NCBI GenBank assembly: GCA_964526385.1
Contig: CAZGJD010000004.1
Span: 10,010-74,009 of the forward strand
Direction of reading: 5' to 3'
Source: an uncultured Candidatus Poseidoniales archaeon
GTDB taxonomy: Archaea; Thermoplasmatota; Poseidoniia; Poseidoniales; Poseidoniaceae
Length of the DNA stretch: 64,000 nucleotides
Shown here: positions 49,754 to 59,072 of the stretch, one piece after another
How positions within the stretch are numbered: position 1 is the first letter of the stretch
Layout: each line of letters starts with the position of its first letter
Made by a program: the position numbers and the translations under genes
Notes under the pieces: generated by a model
What the model saw: the letters and a program-made list of their open reading frames with translations, nothing else
The model's database searches: none
Told to the model about the DNA's origin: nothing

Positions 49754-50140
49754 ATGCCGACCTGTCGCCATTGCTACAGTACATATCCGCGTGAACAATT
49801 TATACACGGTAACGGTCCTAAAACGCAAGTATGCGTAAGGTGCGGTCTTGAAAAGGGCCTCGTCACCAAGCACGAAATTGCTTCCTTCTATGATGATTCA
49901 GTGGCAAATGCAAGATTTTCCGCCCTCGCAAGAAGATGGTCCCCCCTAATGTGGCTAAGCATTCTATGGATTGTATGGATAATGTATCTTGGCGATGTTG
50001 ACCCATGGGGCCTGTACACACTTATTCTTCTTGGCGTTTTTACTCTAATCGTGCCTGTTTACATGATATTCTATTCATCAAGGCACTTGGCTGTAATGTC
50101 AAGGCTTACGCCTGATTACGAAAGACCGAAAGGTCACTGA
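49754..50140 (+). CDS. zinc-ribbon membrane protein
   Basis: N-terminal CRHC...CVRC, followed by two TM helices. Confidence 0.5.
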   Translation: MPTCRHCYSTYPREQFIHGNGPKTQVCVRCGLEKGLVTKHEIASFYDDSVANARFSALARRWSPLMWLSILWIVWIMYLGDVDPWGLYTLILLGVFTLIVPVYMIFYSSRHLAVMSRLTPDYERPKGH

Positions 50141-50161
50141 TTACAATAGGCTGGTGGATTT

Positions 50162-51799
50162 GTGTCTAATGATTCATCAGAAGACGGTATTCTGGATGCG
50201 ATTGTTTTCGATGAAACAAATAGCCAAAAGCAAATCCTTGCAATTATTTTAGCGACCTTAATGGTCTCCACAGTCGTTCTTTATTTTGCAACAAACTCCG
50301 ATAAAACAACTTCATTCTTTTTTGGTGAAGAGGAAGAAAGTAGAAGCGATATTTTCGTAACTGGCCCGGATGGTTATCCTGTTGATGTTGAACCTATTGA
50401 CATGAGTTTCATCGCAAGTGACGTTGGTGAAGACGCCCCTGAGCCAAGTATAGGAATCACCTCTACGGGGTGCGTGTTTTTCATAGCGCTTGAAAAGGTA
50501 ATGCGATCATGCGATAGTGGGATTTCTTGGGAAGAAGTACAGGGCCCGGCCTGCTCACCAACCACTAGTGACCCTTATGGTTGGGTAGACCCAATAACCG
50601 ACAGAGTTTTTGGAGTCCAAATGATTGGTCTTGAAACATCTTGGATTTGTTGGAGCGATGATGATGGTGAAACTTGGCAAGGAAATCCACACGATTCGGG
50701 CACTACTCCAATCAACGACCACATCAAGTTAGCAACAGGACCATGGACGGACGCTGGGTTGTATGGAAGTATAGGCCAAATAACAGGTAACGCAATTTAC
50801 GAAACTGCTGTCTATTATTGTTACAATAAATTAGCTGGAATATTTTGCTTTACAAGTTTTGACGGAGGAGCAACCTTCGAAGCTGGCGGACAAATTATCG
50901 GATTGGCCACCACAAACGGAGGATTGCATGGTGCGATAACAACTGCCCCAGATGGAACTGTGTATGTTACTCCTCGTGTCGAGACACCAACTGTTATCGT
51001 TTCGAAAGATAACGGATTTTCTTGGTTTGAAAGGACCATGGGGGAAGATGTGAGCACACCTTATCCAAGGAAAAACTCTGAGGTATCCACCGACACCCAA
51101 TCTAATGCTTATCACGTTTGGACAGGTGCTGATGAAGGAATATACCTTTCTAGAAGCATCGATTCTGGAGAAAGCTGGGAGCAAGAAAGCCTCAGAATCA
51201 GCCCAATTGAAGTTATCTCAACCGCATTTCCTCAAACGGATGCCGGGGACTCAGGCAGATTTGCAGTCACCTATCTTGGAAGCGAAAACGCATCACTTCT
51301 TGAAACTCCCAACCTAGACGGAAACCCTTGGGACGGAAATGGACATTATGCTCCCAACGAAGTACATTATCACCTATATGTAACATTCAGCCTCAACGCA
51401 CTTGATGAAAACCCAATCTTCCACACGAGAAGAATCTCAAGCGACCCTATCCAAATTGGAGCGATTTGCCTTAACAGCGGAGACTGTAGAAGCGACCAAG
51501 GTGGATCTAACAGGAACCTCCTTGATTTCAACGACCTTCATATCGATAGAGAAGGGCGTGTTTACATCGCAATTGCAGATGGTTGTACTGGAGAGTGTGC
51601 GACAATGGATTCCCCGACTCCGGCTGATTCTAGAGACCGAAGAGGGATCATGTACATGCTTGACTTTGGGCCGAGCCTCTTGGTCGAATATGGAGTATTA
51701 GAATCTCCAAACCCTGTCGTAGAATCACAAAATAATACTGATTCCTTCGAAAATTACAGCTCTAATTTAATCGCAACTAGAGAAGATTTTGAAGCGTGA
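50162..51799 (+). CDS. membrane-anchored BNR/Asp-box repeat (sialidase-fold) protein
   Basis: GTG start and an N-terminal TM anchor. There are five Asp-box-like S-x-D-x-G-x-(T/S)-(W/F) motifs: SCDSGISW, SDDDGETW, SFDGGATF, SKDNGFSW, SIDSGESW. Confidence 0.7.
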   Translation: MSNDSSEDGILDAIVFDETNSQKQILAIILATLMVSTVVLYFATNSDKTTSFFFGEEEESRSDIFVTGPDGYPVDVEPIDMSFIASDVGEDAPEPSIGITSTGCVFFIALEKVMRSCDSGISWEEVQGPACSPTTSDPYGWVDPITDRVFGVQMIGLETSWICWSDDDGETWQGNPHDSGTTPINDHIKLATGPWTDAGLYGSIGQITGNAIYETAVYYCYNKLAGIFCFTSFDGGATFEAGGQIIGLATTNGGLHGAITTAPDGTVYVTPRVETPTVIVSKDNGFSWFERTMGEDVSTPYPRKNSEVSTDTQSNAYHVWTGADEGIYLSRSIDSGESWEQESLRISPIEVISTAFPQTDAGDSGRFAVTYLGSENASLLETPNLDGNPWDGNGHYAPNEVHYHLYVTFSLNALDENPIFHTRRISSDPIQIGAICLNSGDCRSDQGGSNRNLLDFNDLHIDREGRVYIAIADGCTGECATMDSPTPADSRDRRGIMYMLDFGPSLLVEYGVLESPNPVVESQNNTDSFENYSSNLIATREDFEA

Positions 51800-53083
51800 T
51801 TAATTTTTAGAATGTATTTTGATGACGTCATTGTCTTTACACTCATAGTCTGCACCAACAACTCTTCTCGACCTTGAATCAACCGCCTTGATGAATCCAT
51901 CTCCAAGGTCTGAATGCACTTTGTATGCAAGAGATTTTGCTGCGAGCAAATTTGGTACAACAAATGCGTCCGGCAGGATTCTACCTTCTCCATCTTTCCA
52001 AGCATTCTCATCAGCAACTGGATAAACAACGACATGGTCAAGGGCTTTGAATAATACATCAGAAATCAGTTTTGATACTCCAGTAGTTCCTAAATTGGCC
52101 AATTTTTGCTTCATTGTTGAGAGGGCTGATAATTGAGCATCGGACAAATTTGACTCGTCGACAATTCTGAAGTCATTATCCCCTGAATTATACTCGACCA
52201 ATCCACTTGAATCCGCTCTTCTGAGAGCCAATTCCATGTCCGCCATGGTAGGTTGAACGATACCGTCAATGGATAGGACATTCCATGTTTCTTTATCTAC
52301 CGAATCTGCTTTGTTTGCAGCAACATGTATAGGAAATAACTGTCTTCTTATCTCTACTGCAAGTAGCCTAATTTTAGTTTCATCCCAAATCCACGGGGTA
52401 TCAATGTCGCCATTTTTTGTTCTCATAGAGTCCAATACTTGCAAAACTTGGGGTAAGGTAGCACCTAAGCCAGTGAACCTTTCATGTAGGAATTTGCTAA
52501 ACCCTTTCTCCCCTTCAGCTTGTACTTTTTTCGATGCTCTAGACCATCCATCGTTTAGCAAGCCAAATATCCATGAATCTAATTCAGTAGTTAGAAACTC
52601 TGTTTCGGATAACAATGATGATTCGATATCATCAACTTGGGTTATTGGATTGCCTTCTATGTCAGTTGTACCTGCCGCATCGACTACCTGAATTAGAGCA
52701 TCACAGTTTGCCAAATCAGATAGGAATGCATTGCCACGACCTCTTCCCTCGGATGCACCTGGAACTAGACCCGCAACGTCGACTAAGAAGGTTGGTACTA
52801 GGCGCTTAAACCCAACACAGCTTCCTGTTCTAGGCTCACAAATGCTTCCTTTTCTTTCGTCGCTCTCGCCAAAAGGAGGTAGACGTCCATCACCCTCTAA
52901 TTTCTCCCTCAATTCTTTGCAAGGACATGAATTAGGAGATTCTATGAATGCAACTCCAACATTGGGCTCAATTGTACAAAATGGATAGTTGGCAATATCT
53001 ACCTTAGCAAGTGTTGCTGCGCTAAAGAATGTTGATTTCCCGACATTCGGCTTACCTACTAAGCCAATTCGCATCAGCTTCAC
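51800..53083 (-). CDS. ychF: Obg-like GTPase/ATPase of the YchF/OLA1 family with C-terminal TGS-like domain
   Basis: G1 is GLVGKPNVGKST, G2 region YPFCTIEPN, G3 DVAGLV, and NKAD (G4). Confidence 0.8.
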   Translation of the reverse strand: MKLMRIGLVGKPNVGKSTFFSAATLAKVDIANYPFCTIEPNVGVAFIESPNSCPCKELREKLEGDGRLPPFGESDERKGSICEPRTGSCVGFKRLVPTFLVDVAGLVPGASEGRGRGNAFLSDLANCDALIQVVDAAGTTDIEGNPITQVDDIESSLLSETEFLTTELDSWIFGLLNDGWSRASKKVQAEGEKGFSKFLHERFTGLGATLPQVLQVLDSMRTKNGDIDTPWIWDETKIRLLAVEIRRQLFPIHVAANKADSVDKETWNVLSIDGIVQPTMADMELALRRADSSGLVEYNSGDNDFRIVDESNLSDAQLSALSTMKQKLANLGTTGVSKLISDVLFKALDHVVVYPVADENAWKDGEGRILPDAFVVPNLLAAKSLAYKVHSDLGDGFIKAVDSRSRRVVGADYECKDNDVIKIHSKN

Positions 53084-55614
53084 GCCTGAGTGATTCTATC
53101 AATCAGGTCAGCTTTGGTGCCATTCGTTGCCAAATCCATAGATTCGGCAAGTTCAACCAGTTCTGCCTTCTTCATCTTCATCAAATCTGACTTGTTTGAA
53201 GTCTTGTCGCCTCCGTCAAGTAAGGTCTTAGCTTGCGCAGCCCACTGGTCACGCTTAATTCTTCCAGGGAAGAACTCAATTGCTTCGTTCACTGTATCCT
53301 CAAGTTTACTATCCATCTTAGAAATCTGTGCATAGGTAAAAATTCCCAGAGCATTTAACTTCTCTTCGATGAATGGGCCTACTCCCTTAATGGCTTGTAG
53401 GTCTTCCTTATCAGAGGACTTTGCGGTACCTAAAACACTAAAATCAATCTTCGAAGCGTTTGCTTTGACTCGCTCTAGTTCTTCTCTCTTCTTGAGTTCG
53501 GCTTCAGTAGGGGCGTCTGTAGACTCCTCTTCGGATTCTTCAGGAGTTCCTACTGCCTCTTCACCCTCAGAAGATTCACCTTCTTCAGTCGTTTCTTCTT
53601 CGACTTCCCCAACGGATTCCTCTTCAACAACTTCTTCTTCATTGGATTCTTCTTCGTATGGAACGAATTCGATACCTAGGGAATTTCGAATGTTTAATAG
53701 TGCGATGTCCAACTCTGGTAGATTTATTCTGCCGTCGGAATTGATGTCCATAACCTTGACCAAGTTTTCAATGTCCCATGGGGGAAGGTCAGCGATGTCT
53801 GCAACTCTAAGTGCGTTTGCAAACTCGAACATGTCAATTTCTCCGGAGCCATCTACATCAGCCCAAGCAAAGAATTGGGCAGTTGTCGTTCCTCTACCGC
53901 AAAGCCACTTGGTCAAAGTGACCAAATCTTCATCGAAGGTGACTGGGAATTCATCAACCTCATCGTTGTGAAGAGATGTTGAGACTTCAATCACTGTCGA
54001 ACCACCTTCACCCTCTTCATCACTCTCACCGATGATCAGTGTTGTGTCAACTCCGACCCCTCTGCCAAGGAGGGAGCGAATTGTTGTTGTTCCATCGACT
54101 AAGTTGTATGTTGATATATCGCTCACAGAGGAAACTGGGCTCTCAGAATTCTCTCCGAATAATAGAGTCTTGACTACGCAGTTACCTGCCATGATGAATC
54201 CAAGGACAACTCCATAGAAAGCGAATGCTCCAACCAAAGCGAATCCTGCAATGCTTGCAGACGGGTCTTCGACCTCAGCCTCGATTAGAGCGTTTTCTGA
54301 CCACCCATACATCAAGAAAAGAATGGTTGAGACTAGACCACCTGCTATTACAAACCATGAAGCCATGCTTGCGGAACCTGTGAGCTGTTTCCTACCAGAC
54401 AATGGATAAGAATGGAACAATGCGCCTAGGCAGAATAATCCTCCTGTTACGTACATGAATGACGAATTTATTGCGTCCGCAACGTTTGCCATTGACCCGT
54501 CCCCAATCATTACATTCAATCCAGTGAAATAACCAATCACTGCAAATAATGGAAGCATGATTGCGCCTGCTGCAACTGCAGTTGCACCTGGACTGTCGAC
54601 AACCGCACTTGCGTTTCCCTTGATAGTAGCAATCATGTTTGATGATGCTGCAAAAACCGGGAATAATCCAAGGGTTACCAAGATGGCCCCGATGGACTGA
54701 GTGAAGTTGTCTGCGTGATTTGACTCTGAAAGGAAGAACGGAGGGATTGTAACGAATAGCAAGAACATCGATGCTTTGGTCAAGCTTCCTGACCAAATTG
54801 GCTGTCCTGTCACGTGCGAAAGAATGTGATATCCAACTCCAAACATTAGTGCCAATGGAGCCCATGTAGACAGCATGATATCTGCGACCCAAACGGTTGA
54901 TGTCCAGTCTAAGGACTGACCTAGAGCTGTGCTAATCTTACCAAATATTACAGTCAGCAATGCAAGCAGAAGGAACCAAGATGGGACTGAGATAGGAGAG
55001 GTCCCTCTGTCTCCAAGGGTTATCATAGAATTAACCATAAGACTCAGTGCTAATAACGCAGAAACTATGCCATACAAAGCCATCTGGGTCGTTTCGAAAG
55101 TAATAACGTCAAAGTGATCTAGTACAGTTAGAACAAGTCCCACAAATACTTGACCTGTCCAAGCAAGAGCAATGAACGATGCATTTGCTTCACTCGCTAA
55201 CTTTGCGTTGCAGGTTCTTGCGTGTGCGACCAATGCTCCTCCAACAAGGATTGCGAAAATTGCAGTACTCATTGCTACAGAGTTAAAGTAAGCAAGTGCA
55301 CTTCCATCATCGTACCCCCAACCGATATTGGAGAGGGAATCTAGTGCTGTTGAATCGTATGTGTGCCAAGCCGATAAGAAGCCTCCAATCCCTGCTAAAA
55401 GAAGCCAGAAAACTCCTGTCTGCATCCAAGTCTTGGCTCCATTACCTTCCTTCTCTTGAAATAAATCTGTAGCTGGCCCTGCCGCTTTTGTAAGCAAGAA
55501 TAATCCGAATTGTCGGAGTGGTTGTGTCATTCCGCCCACTCCTTTTTGGACGATGTTTGAAAATAGTAAGTAAGTTACGAGAATTATTGCGCCGGTTGTA
55601 ACTGCTCCTGACAT
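53080..55614 (-). CDS. polytopic membrane protein fused to two EF-hands, an acidic linker, an HhH module and a SAP motif
   Basis: The N-terminal roughly 500 aa have about 12 TM segments. The EF-hand loops DVDGSGEIDMFE and DINSDGRINLPE are canonical. A Glu-rich linker follows. DLQAIKGVGPFIEEKLNALGIFTYAQI...GRIKRDQWAAQAK is an HhH-type module. The C-terminal KKAELVELAESMDLATNGTKADLIDRI is a SAP motif. Confidence 0.75.
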   Translation of the reverse strand: MSGAVTTGAIILVTYLLFSNIVQKGVGGMTQPLRQFGLFLLTKAAGPATDLFQEKEGNGAKTWMQTGVFWLLLAGIGGFLSAWHTYDSTALDSLSNIGWGYDDGSALAYFNSVAMSTAIFAILVGGALVAHARTCNAKLASEANASFIALAWTGQVFVGLVLTVLDHFDVITFETTQMALYGIVSALLALSLMVNSMITLGDRGTSPISVPSWFLLLALLTVIFGKISTALGQSLDWTSTVWVADIMLSTWAPLALMFGVGYHILSHVTGQPIWSGSLTKASMFLLFVTIPPFFLSESNHADNFTQSIGAILVTLGLFPVFAASSNMIATIKGNASAVVDSPGATAVAAGAIMLPLFAVIGYFTGLNVMIGDGSMANVADAINSSFMYVTGGLFCLGALFHSYPLSGRKQLTGSASMASWFVIAGGLVSTILFLMYGWSENALIEAEVEDPSASIAGFALVGAFAFYGVVLGFIMAGNCVVKTLLFGENSESPVSSVSDISTYNLVDGTTTIRSLLGRGVGVDTTLIIGESDEEGEGGSTVIEVSTSLHNDEVDEFPVTFDEDLVTLTKWLCGRGTTTAQFFAWADVDGSGEIDMFEFANALRVADIADLPPWDIENLVKVMDINSDGRINLPELDIALLNIRNSLGIEFVPYEEESNEEEVVEEESVGEVEEETTEEGESSEGEEAVGTPEESEEESTDAPTEAELKKREELERVKANASKIDFSVLGTAKSSDKEDLQAIKGVGPFIEEKLNALGIFTYAQISKMDSKLEDTVNEAIEFFPGRIKRDQWAAQAKTLLDGGDKTSNKSDLMKMKKAELVELAESMDLATNGTKADLIDRITQA

Positions 55615-55623
55615 AATTCCACC

Positions 55624-55965
55624 TCAGTCCGAAAGGACTCCTCCGATTAAGTTAGAAATTATCATTCCTGTTCCAACAAGAATTCCAATCAGATAATACC
55701 AAATTCCTGAGCCACCTAAGTTATCCATCAATGGCACAATTTCCCCAATGACAGGCATCTCATTCCAACCGAAAATATTGCTGTACATAGCAAGCAACCC
55801 TGCTAACCCAACAAACATTATCACGATAATCATTCTTGATGAAGATGGTTCAGCAACACCTTCAGAAACATCTGGCAAAATTGTAGAATTGGCCATTTTA
55901 TCACCTTGCTCCCCATAGGGGTAAATAATCCCACTAGTGGTAGAGTCATAAAGATTGACCAGCAA
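55624..55965 (-). CDS. small membrane protein
   Basis: 113 aa with two to three TM segments; gaps of 9 nt and 4 nt to its neighbours. Confidence 0.5.
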   Translation of the reverse strand: MLVNLYDSTTSGIIYPYGEQGDKMANSTILPDVSEGVAEPSSSRMIIVIMFVGLAGLLAMYSNIFGWNEMPVIGEIVPLMDNLGGSGIWYYLIGILVGTGMIISNLIGGVLSD

Positions 55966-55969
55966 ATTG

Positions 55970-57145
55970 TTATGGTGAGCGGAGATGATTCATCTGGTTC
56001 CCTCTACGATTCATCCCTACACCCAGAGGTATTGGGAATTCTTCATCAAGAGAAATCTCCGTCCTCCACACTTTTTTACAGTCACAATCGAGACCCTCAA
56101 ATTCCTCTAAAACGCCACTTACTGAATATCTCTCAATAGCTGCAACAACCTCTTCATCGCATGTTCCACAATTATGAGAACCGCGTATTTTACCACCAGC
56201 GGTAGGGTGAATGATTAGTCTTGAAACTTGGTCACTTGATCCGTTACCGGAATTTGTTGGGTGAATGTGAGGATGTGCACGATGAATTAATTCGACAAGG
56301 GACCAAAGCCATGGTGGGCGATATTCATTATTTCTGAATAATCTATCGATGACGGTTCCTTTCTGTATATTCATCGGATTTACACTAATTTCATCGCTTT
56401 TATCGGCGACGTCTAAAATCCACTTTACACCGTGGTTTAGCGCATCGCCCTCACTCATAAAAGGAGGTTTGAACATTAAGTATGTCTTTACTCTTAGACC
56501 AAATTTATTCAGATTTTCTACTGCCCTATCCCAACTTTTTACGCTAAATCCTTTGTTAACATGAAACTTCAAAACCTCATCATCGTAGGCTTCTAAACCA
56601 ATTGCAACTGAAAATTTAGGGTTAATTGAGGTCGCCCACTCAAGTTTCTCTACAGTGAGTTGTTCAGTTCTACTTTCAACAACTAATTCCTTTCCAAGTT
56701 GATGACAATCTTTGAGGACCCGCTCTTGGAAATCTACTGGTATTTCTCTATCTTCTAAGAGGCTACCCGAGGTATAGACCTTCACCATTCCCATGTTCTC
56801 AAAATCATCGAATTTAGAAAGGGCGTTTTCCCATTGGGAGTGTAAATCATCACTTGTTACATCATCTCTCGTATCGTTGAAATATCCACAGAACGTGCAA
56901 CCGCTCGACCACCACCAATGACAGCCTTTTGTTCGCAAAATGACTGTTAATGCGGTCGTTGGTGTACCATCTGCAAGTGTTTCTGGGGTGTAATAAACCG
57001 TAGCGGGGTACTTAGCATCCCAGGAATTCTTCCTCTCTTGCGCCCATGCCGCATTGGCTGGAGCCTTGATCAAATCATGTATCTTTAGTGGTTTTTCATC
57101 CGCAGAACCAACCATCGTGAGTTTTTTACTAACCATGCGTAACAC
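55970..57145 (-). CDS. radical-SAM-like Fe-S protein, archaeosine-biosynthesis RaSEA (TIGR01210/COG1244) type
   Basis: The Cys cluster LRTKGCHWWWSSGCTFCGYF matches my recollection of the RTxGCxW....GCxMCGY motif of this archaeal family. This was not verified by search. Confidence 0.55.
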   Translation of the reverse strand: MLRMVSKKLTMVGSADEKPLKIHDLIKAPANAAWAQERKNSWDAKYPATVYYTPETLADGTPTTALTVILRTKGCHWWWSSGCTFCGYFNDTRDDVTSDDLHSQWENALSKFDDFENMGMVKVYTSGSLLEDREIPVDFQERVLKDCHQLGKELVVESRTEQLTVEKLEWATSINPKFSVAIGLEAYDDEVLKFHVNKGFSVKSWDRAVENLNKFGLRVKTYLMFKPPFMSEGDALNHGVKWILDVADKSDEISVNPMNIQKGTVIDRLFRNNEYRPPWLWSLVELIHRAHPHIHPTNSGNGSSDQVSRLIIHPTAGGKIRGSHNCGTCDEEVVAAIERYSVSGVLEEFEGLDCDCKKVWRTEISLDEEFPIPLGVGMNRRGNQMNHLRSP

Positions 57146-57155
57146 TCCTTTTTTG

Positions 57156-58223
57156 TCAATCCAAATTTTGCATCAAAGAATCTTCAAAGAAACCAACCAT
57201 TCTTGTTTCATACTCAACCGTGTCGGTTAACATAAGTGTAACATGCTCATCACTTGCCATGCCTTCGCCAATGTCGTATCTAATTACTGAATCCTTAAAC
57301 CAACACTCAATATTTTCTTCAATTCCGTTTTCCAATGCCTCGTCACACATCTTTTGCCCGTGATGTTGACGCACTCTCTTGTCTTGATTGCCGTGTGTAA
57401 CGTAAATGTGCCTATCTCCAACTTCTGTCCCTGCTTCTAGTGGATAATATTCAATCAAATTCTGATTAGCAATTATCTTTCCAGCAAAAATTCCTGCTCC
57501 GCCCAAGAAAGTTGGATACCCCTGGAATTCTAGTTCTTCAACAACTATATCTCCCATATTTGAATATCCAGAATCGAGCCAGATTGATTGAATTCTTTCA
57601 TCTAAGGAAAATGCGATCGCTACCGTTCCTGCACCCATTGAATTTCCGAACAATCCTATTTTTTCAGGTTCAGCGTCCTGTTCTTCTATAAGCCAATCAA
57701 AGACTGAGATAACATCAACCCATTCATCTTGGCCACCCGAAACACGATTATCATCAATCGATGATTCGCCATGGTCTCTCAAGTCGAATACAATCACGTT
57801 AAATCCCGCATTAGCCATCATACCAGCAGGCAATAATATGGCTCCGTCTGATTTACATCCTCTGATTCCGTGAACGAAAATAATCCAAGGCATAGATTGA
57901 TTTTGATTGAGATACCAAGCTGAAAGATGGATATCTTCTCCATCTACGGGGATAGTAGCATTTTCATAACCATCCCACCAATACTCTGATAGGCCCGTCA
58001 TAATTTCATCTGAGATATTTTCACTATTTTCAGACTCATTCAGTGGGACCTCACTCCTCAATGGAGCAAATTCAGTAGGGGTGTTTTGGTCGAAATTACC
58101 CCAGCAGTCTGTATTGGTAAACGCTACACCATTGTACACAACTGAGCCTGCGAAATAATAGCCTACAGGCATAATCACGATTAGCATCAAAATAAATGGG
58201 AATAATTCATTTTTCATTTTCAT
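57156..58223 (-). CDS. alpha/beta-hydrolase (membrane-anchored serine hydrolase)
   Basis: N-terminal TM, nucleophile elbow GNSMGAG, and HGIRG oxyanion-region motif. Confidence 0.7.
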   Translation of the reverse strand: MKMKNELFPFILMLIVIMPVGYYFAGSVVYNGVAFTNTDCWGNFDQNTPTEFAPLRSEVPLNESENSENISDEIMTGLSEYWWDGYENATIPVDGEDIHLSAWYLNQNQSMPWIIFVHGIRGCKSDGAILLPAGMMANAGFNVIVFDLRDHGESSIDDNRVSGGQDEWVDVISVFDWLIEEQDAEPEKIGLFGNSMGAGTVAIAFSLDERIQSIWLDSGYSNMGDIVVEELEFQGYPTFLGGAGIFAGKIIANQNLIEYYPLEAGTEVGDRHIYVTHGNQDKRVRQHHGQKMCDEALENGIEENIECWFKDSVIRYDIGEGMASDEHVTLMLTDTVEYETRMVGFFEDSLMQNLD

Positions 58224-59063
58224 CTAAATCCCTCTATACAAAATAGTCGAGCCTGCTTTTACAAACTCTCCTTTTGGATGTTGTTTATTATTTTCTTCAG
58301 CGCTAATTACGCAAGGAGTGAATTCGTTTGCTGGAACCCTAACGTCGACACGACTGCCTAAGCGTATCATTCCAAACCTCTGCCCTCTCCTCATTTCATC
58401 ACCTTCTGAAGTCCATGGGATGATAGTTCGTGCTAAGGCTCCTGAAATTTGGTTTACTTCGACAATCAATCCATCTTCTCGCTTGAAAAGTGTTCGAACT
58501 CTCTCGTTGTATTCACTTTCTTTTCTGAAAGCAGGTAAGAAAGGACCTCGTCTCTGTCCCTTCCCAGTTCTGTGCTCCATCCTTGTGATCAACCCTTCAA
58601 TTGGGGACCGGTTCACATGGACATCTAGTGGAGACATAAAAACTGCTGTGCGCCAAACGTCGATTTCAGATTCTTCTCCTTCTGGTACTGCTTCCCATCT
58701 TTGTTCGGTTTCAAATGTTAGTGGATCTTCACAAGGTTGTTCAAACCAGGTTCCCGTGTGCTCGTCCTCAACCGATTTTGAAAGTTCATCTTTAGATGGT
58801 CTCCTACCAGTCGCCCTTTCACGTTTAACAAACATCACGTGCCCATCAGCAGGAGAAACCACTATTCCTTCATCTCTTGGTATAGGTCTATCAGGATCTC
58901 GCCAGAAGTTTGCAAAAAAGGCAGATAACATCAACATTAAAATTCCAAGCGCAGGAGCTATACCGTACAGTGGGTCAACAAACCATGAGACAAGTATGAA
59001 TCCTGTTCCCATTAACGCTGGTGTGATTACAGGAAGAAATCCTCCTTGGGCAAGTAATGCCAA
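58224..59063 (-). CDS. psd: phosphatidylserine (archaetidylserine) decarboxylase proenzyme, short archaeal/bacterial Asd type
   Basis: FWRDPDRPIP, VVSPADGHV, FMSPLDVHVNRSP, and the self-cleavage region GMIRLGSRVDV. Confidence 0.85.
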   Translation of the reverse strand: MALLAQGGFLPVITPALMGTGFILVSWFVDPLYGIAPALGILMLMLSAFFANFWRDPDRPIPRDEGIVVSPADGHVMFVKRERATGRRPSKDELSKSVEDEHTGTWFEQPCEDPLTFETEQRWEAVPEGEESEIDVWRTAVFMSPLDVHVNRSPIEGLITRMEHRTGKGQRRGPFLPAFRKESEYNERVRTLFKREDGLIVEVNQISGALARTIIPWTSEGDEMRRGQRFGMIRLGSRVDVRVPANEFTPCVISAEENNKQHPKGEFVKAGSTILYRGI

Positions 59064-59072
59064 GGTCTCACC

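Noticed and set aside
53369-54892. Plus-strand 200-aa Ser-rich ORF (53369-53971) and a minus-strand alternative-frame 166-aa ORF (54392-54892).
   Set aside because: Both lie entirely inside the 844-aa membrane/EF-hand gene. One is the antisense of its Glu-rich linker. The other is an Arg/Cys/His-rich out-of-frame read. Neither looks like a protein.
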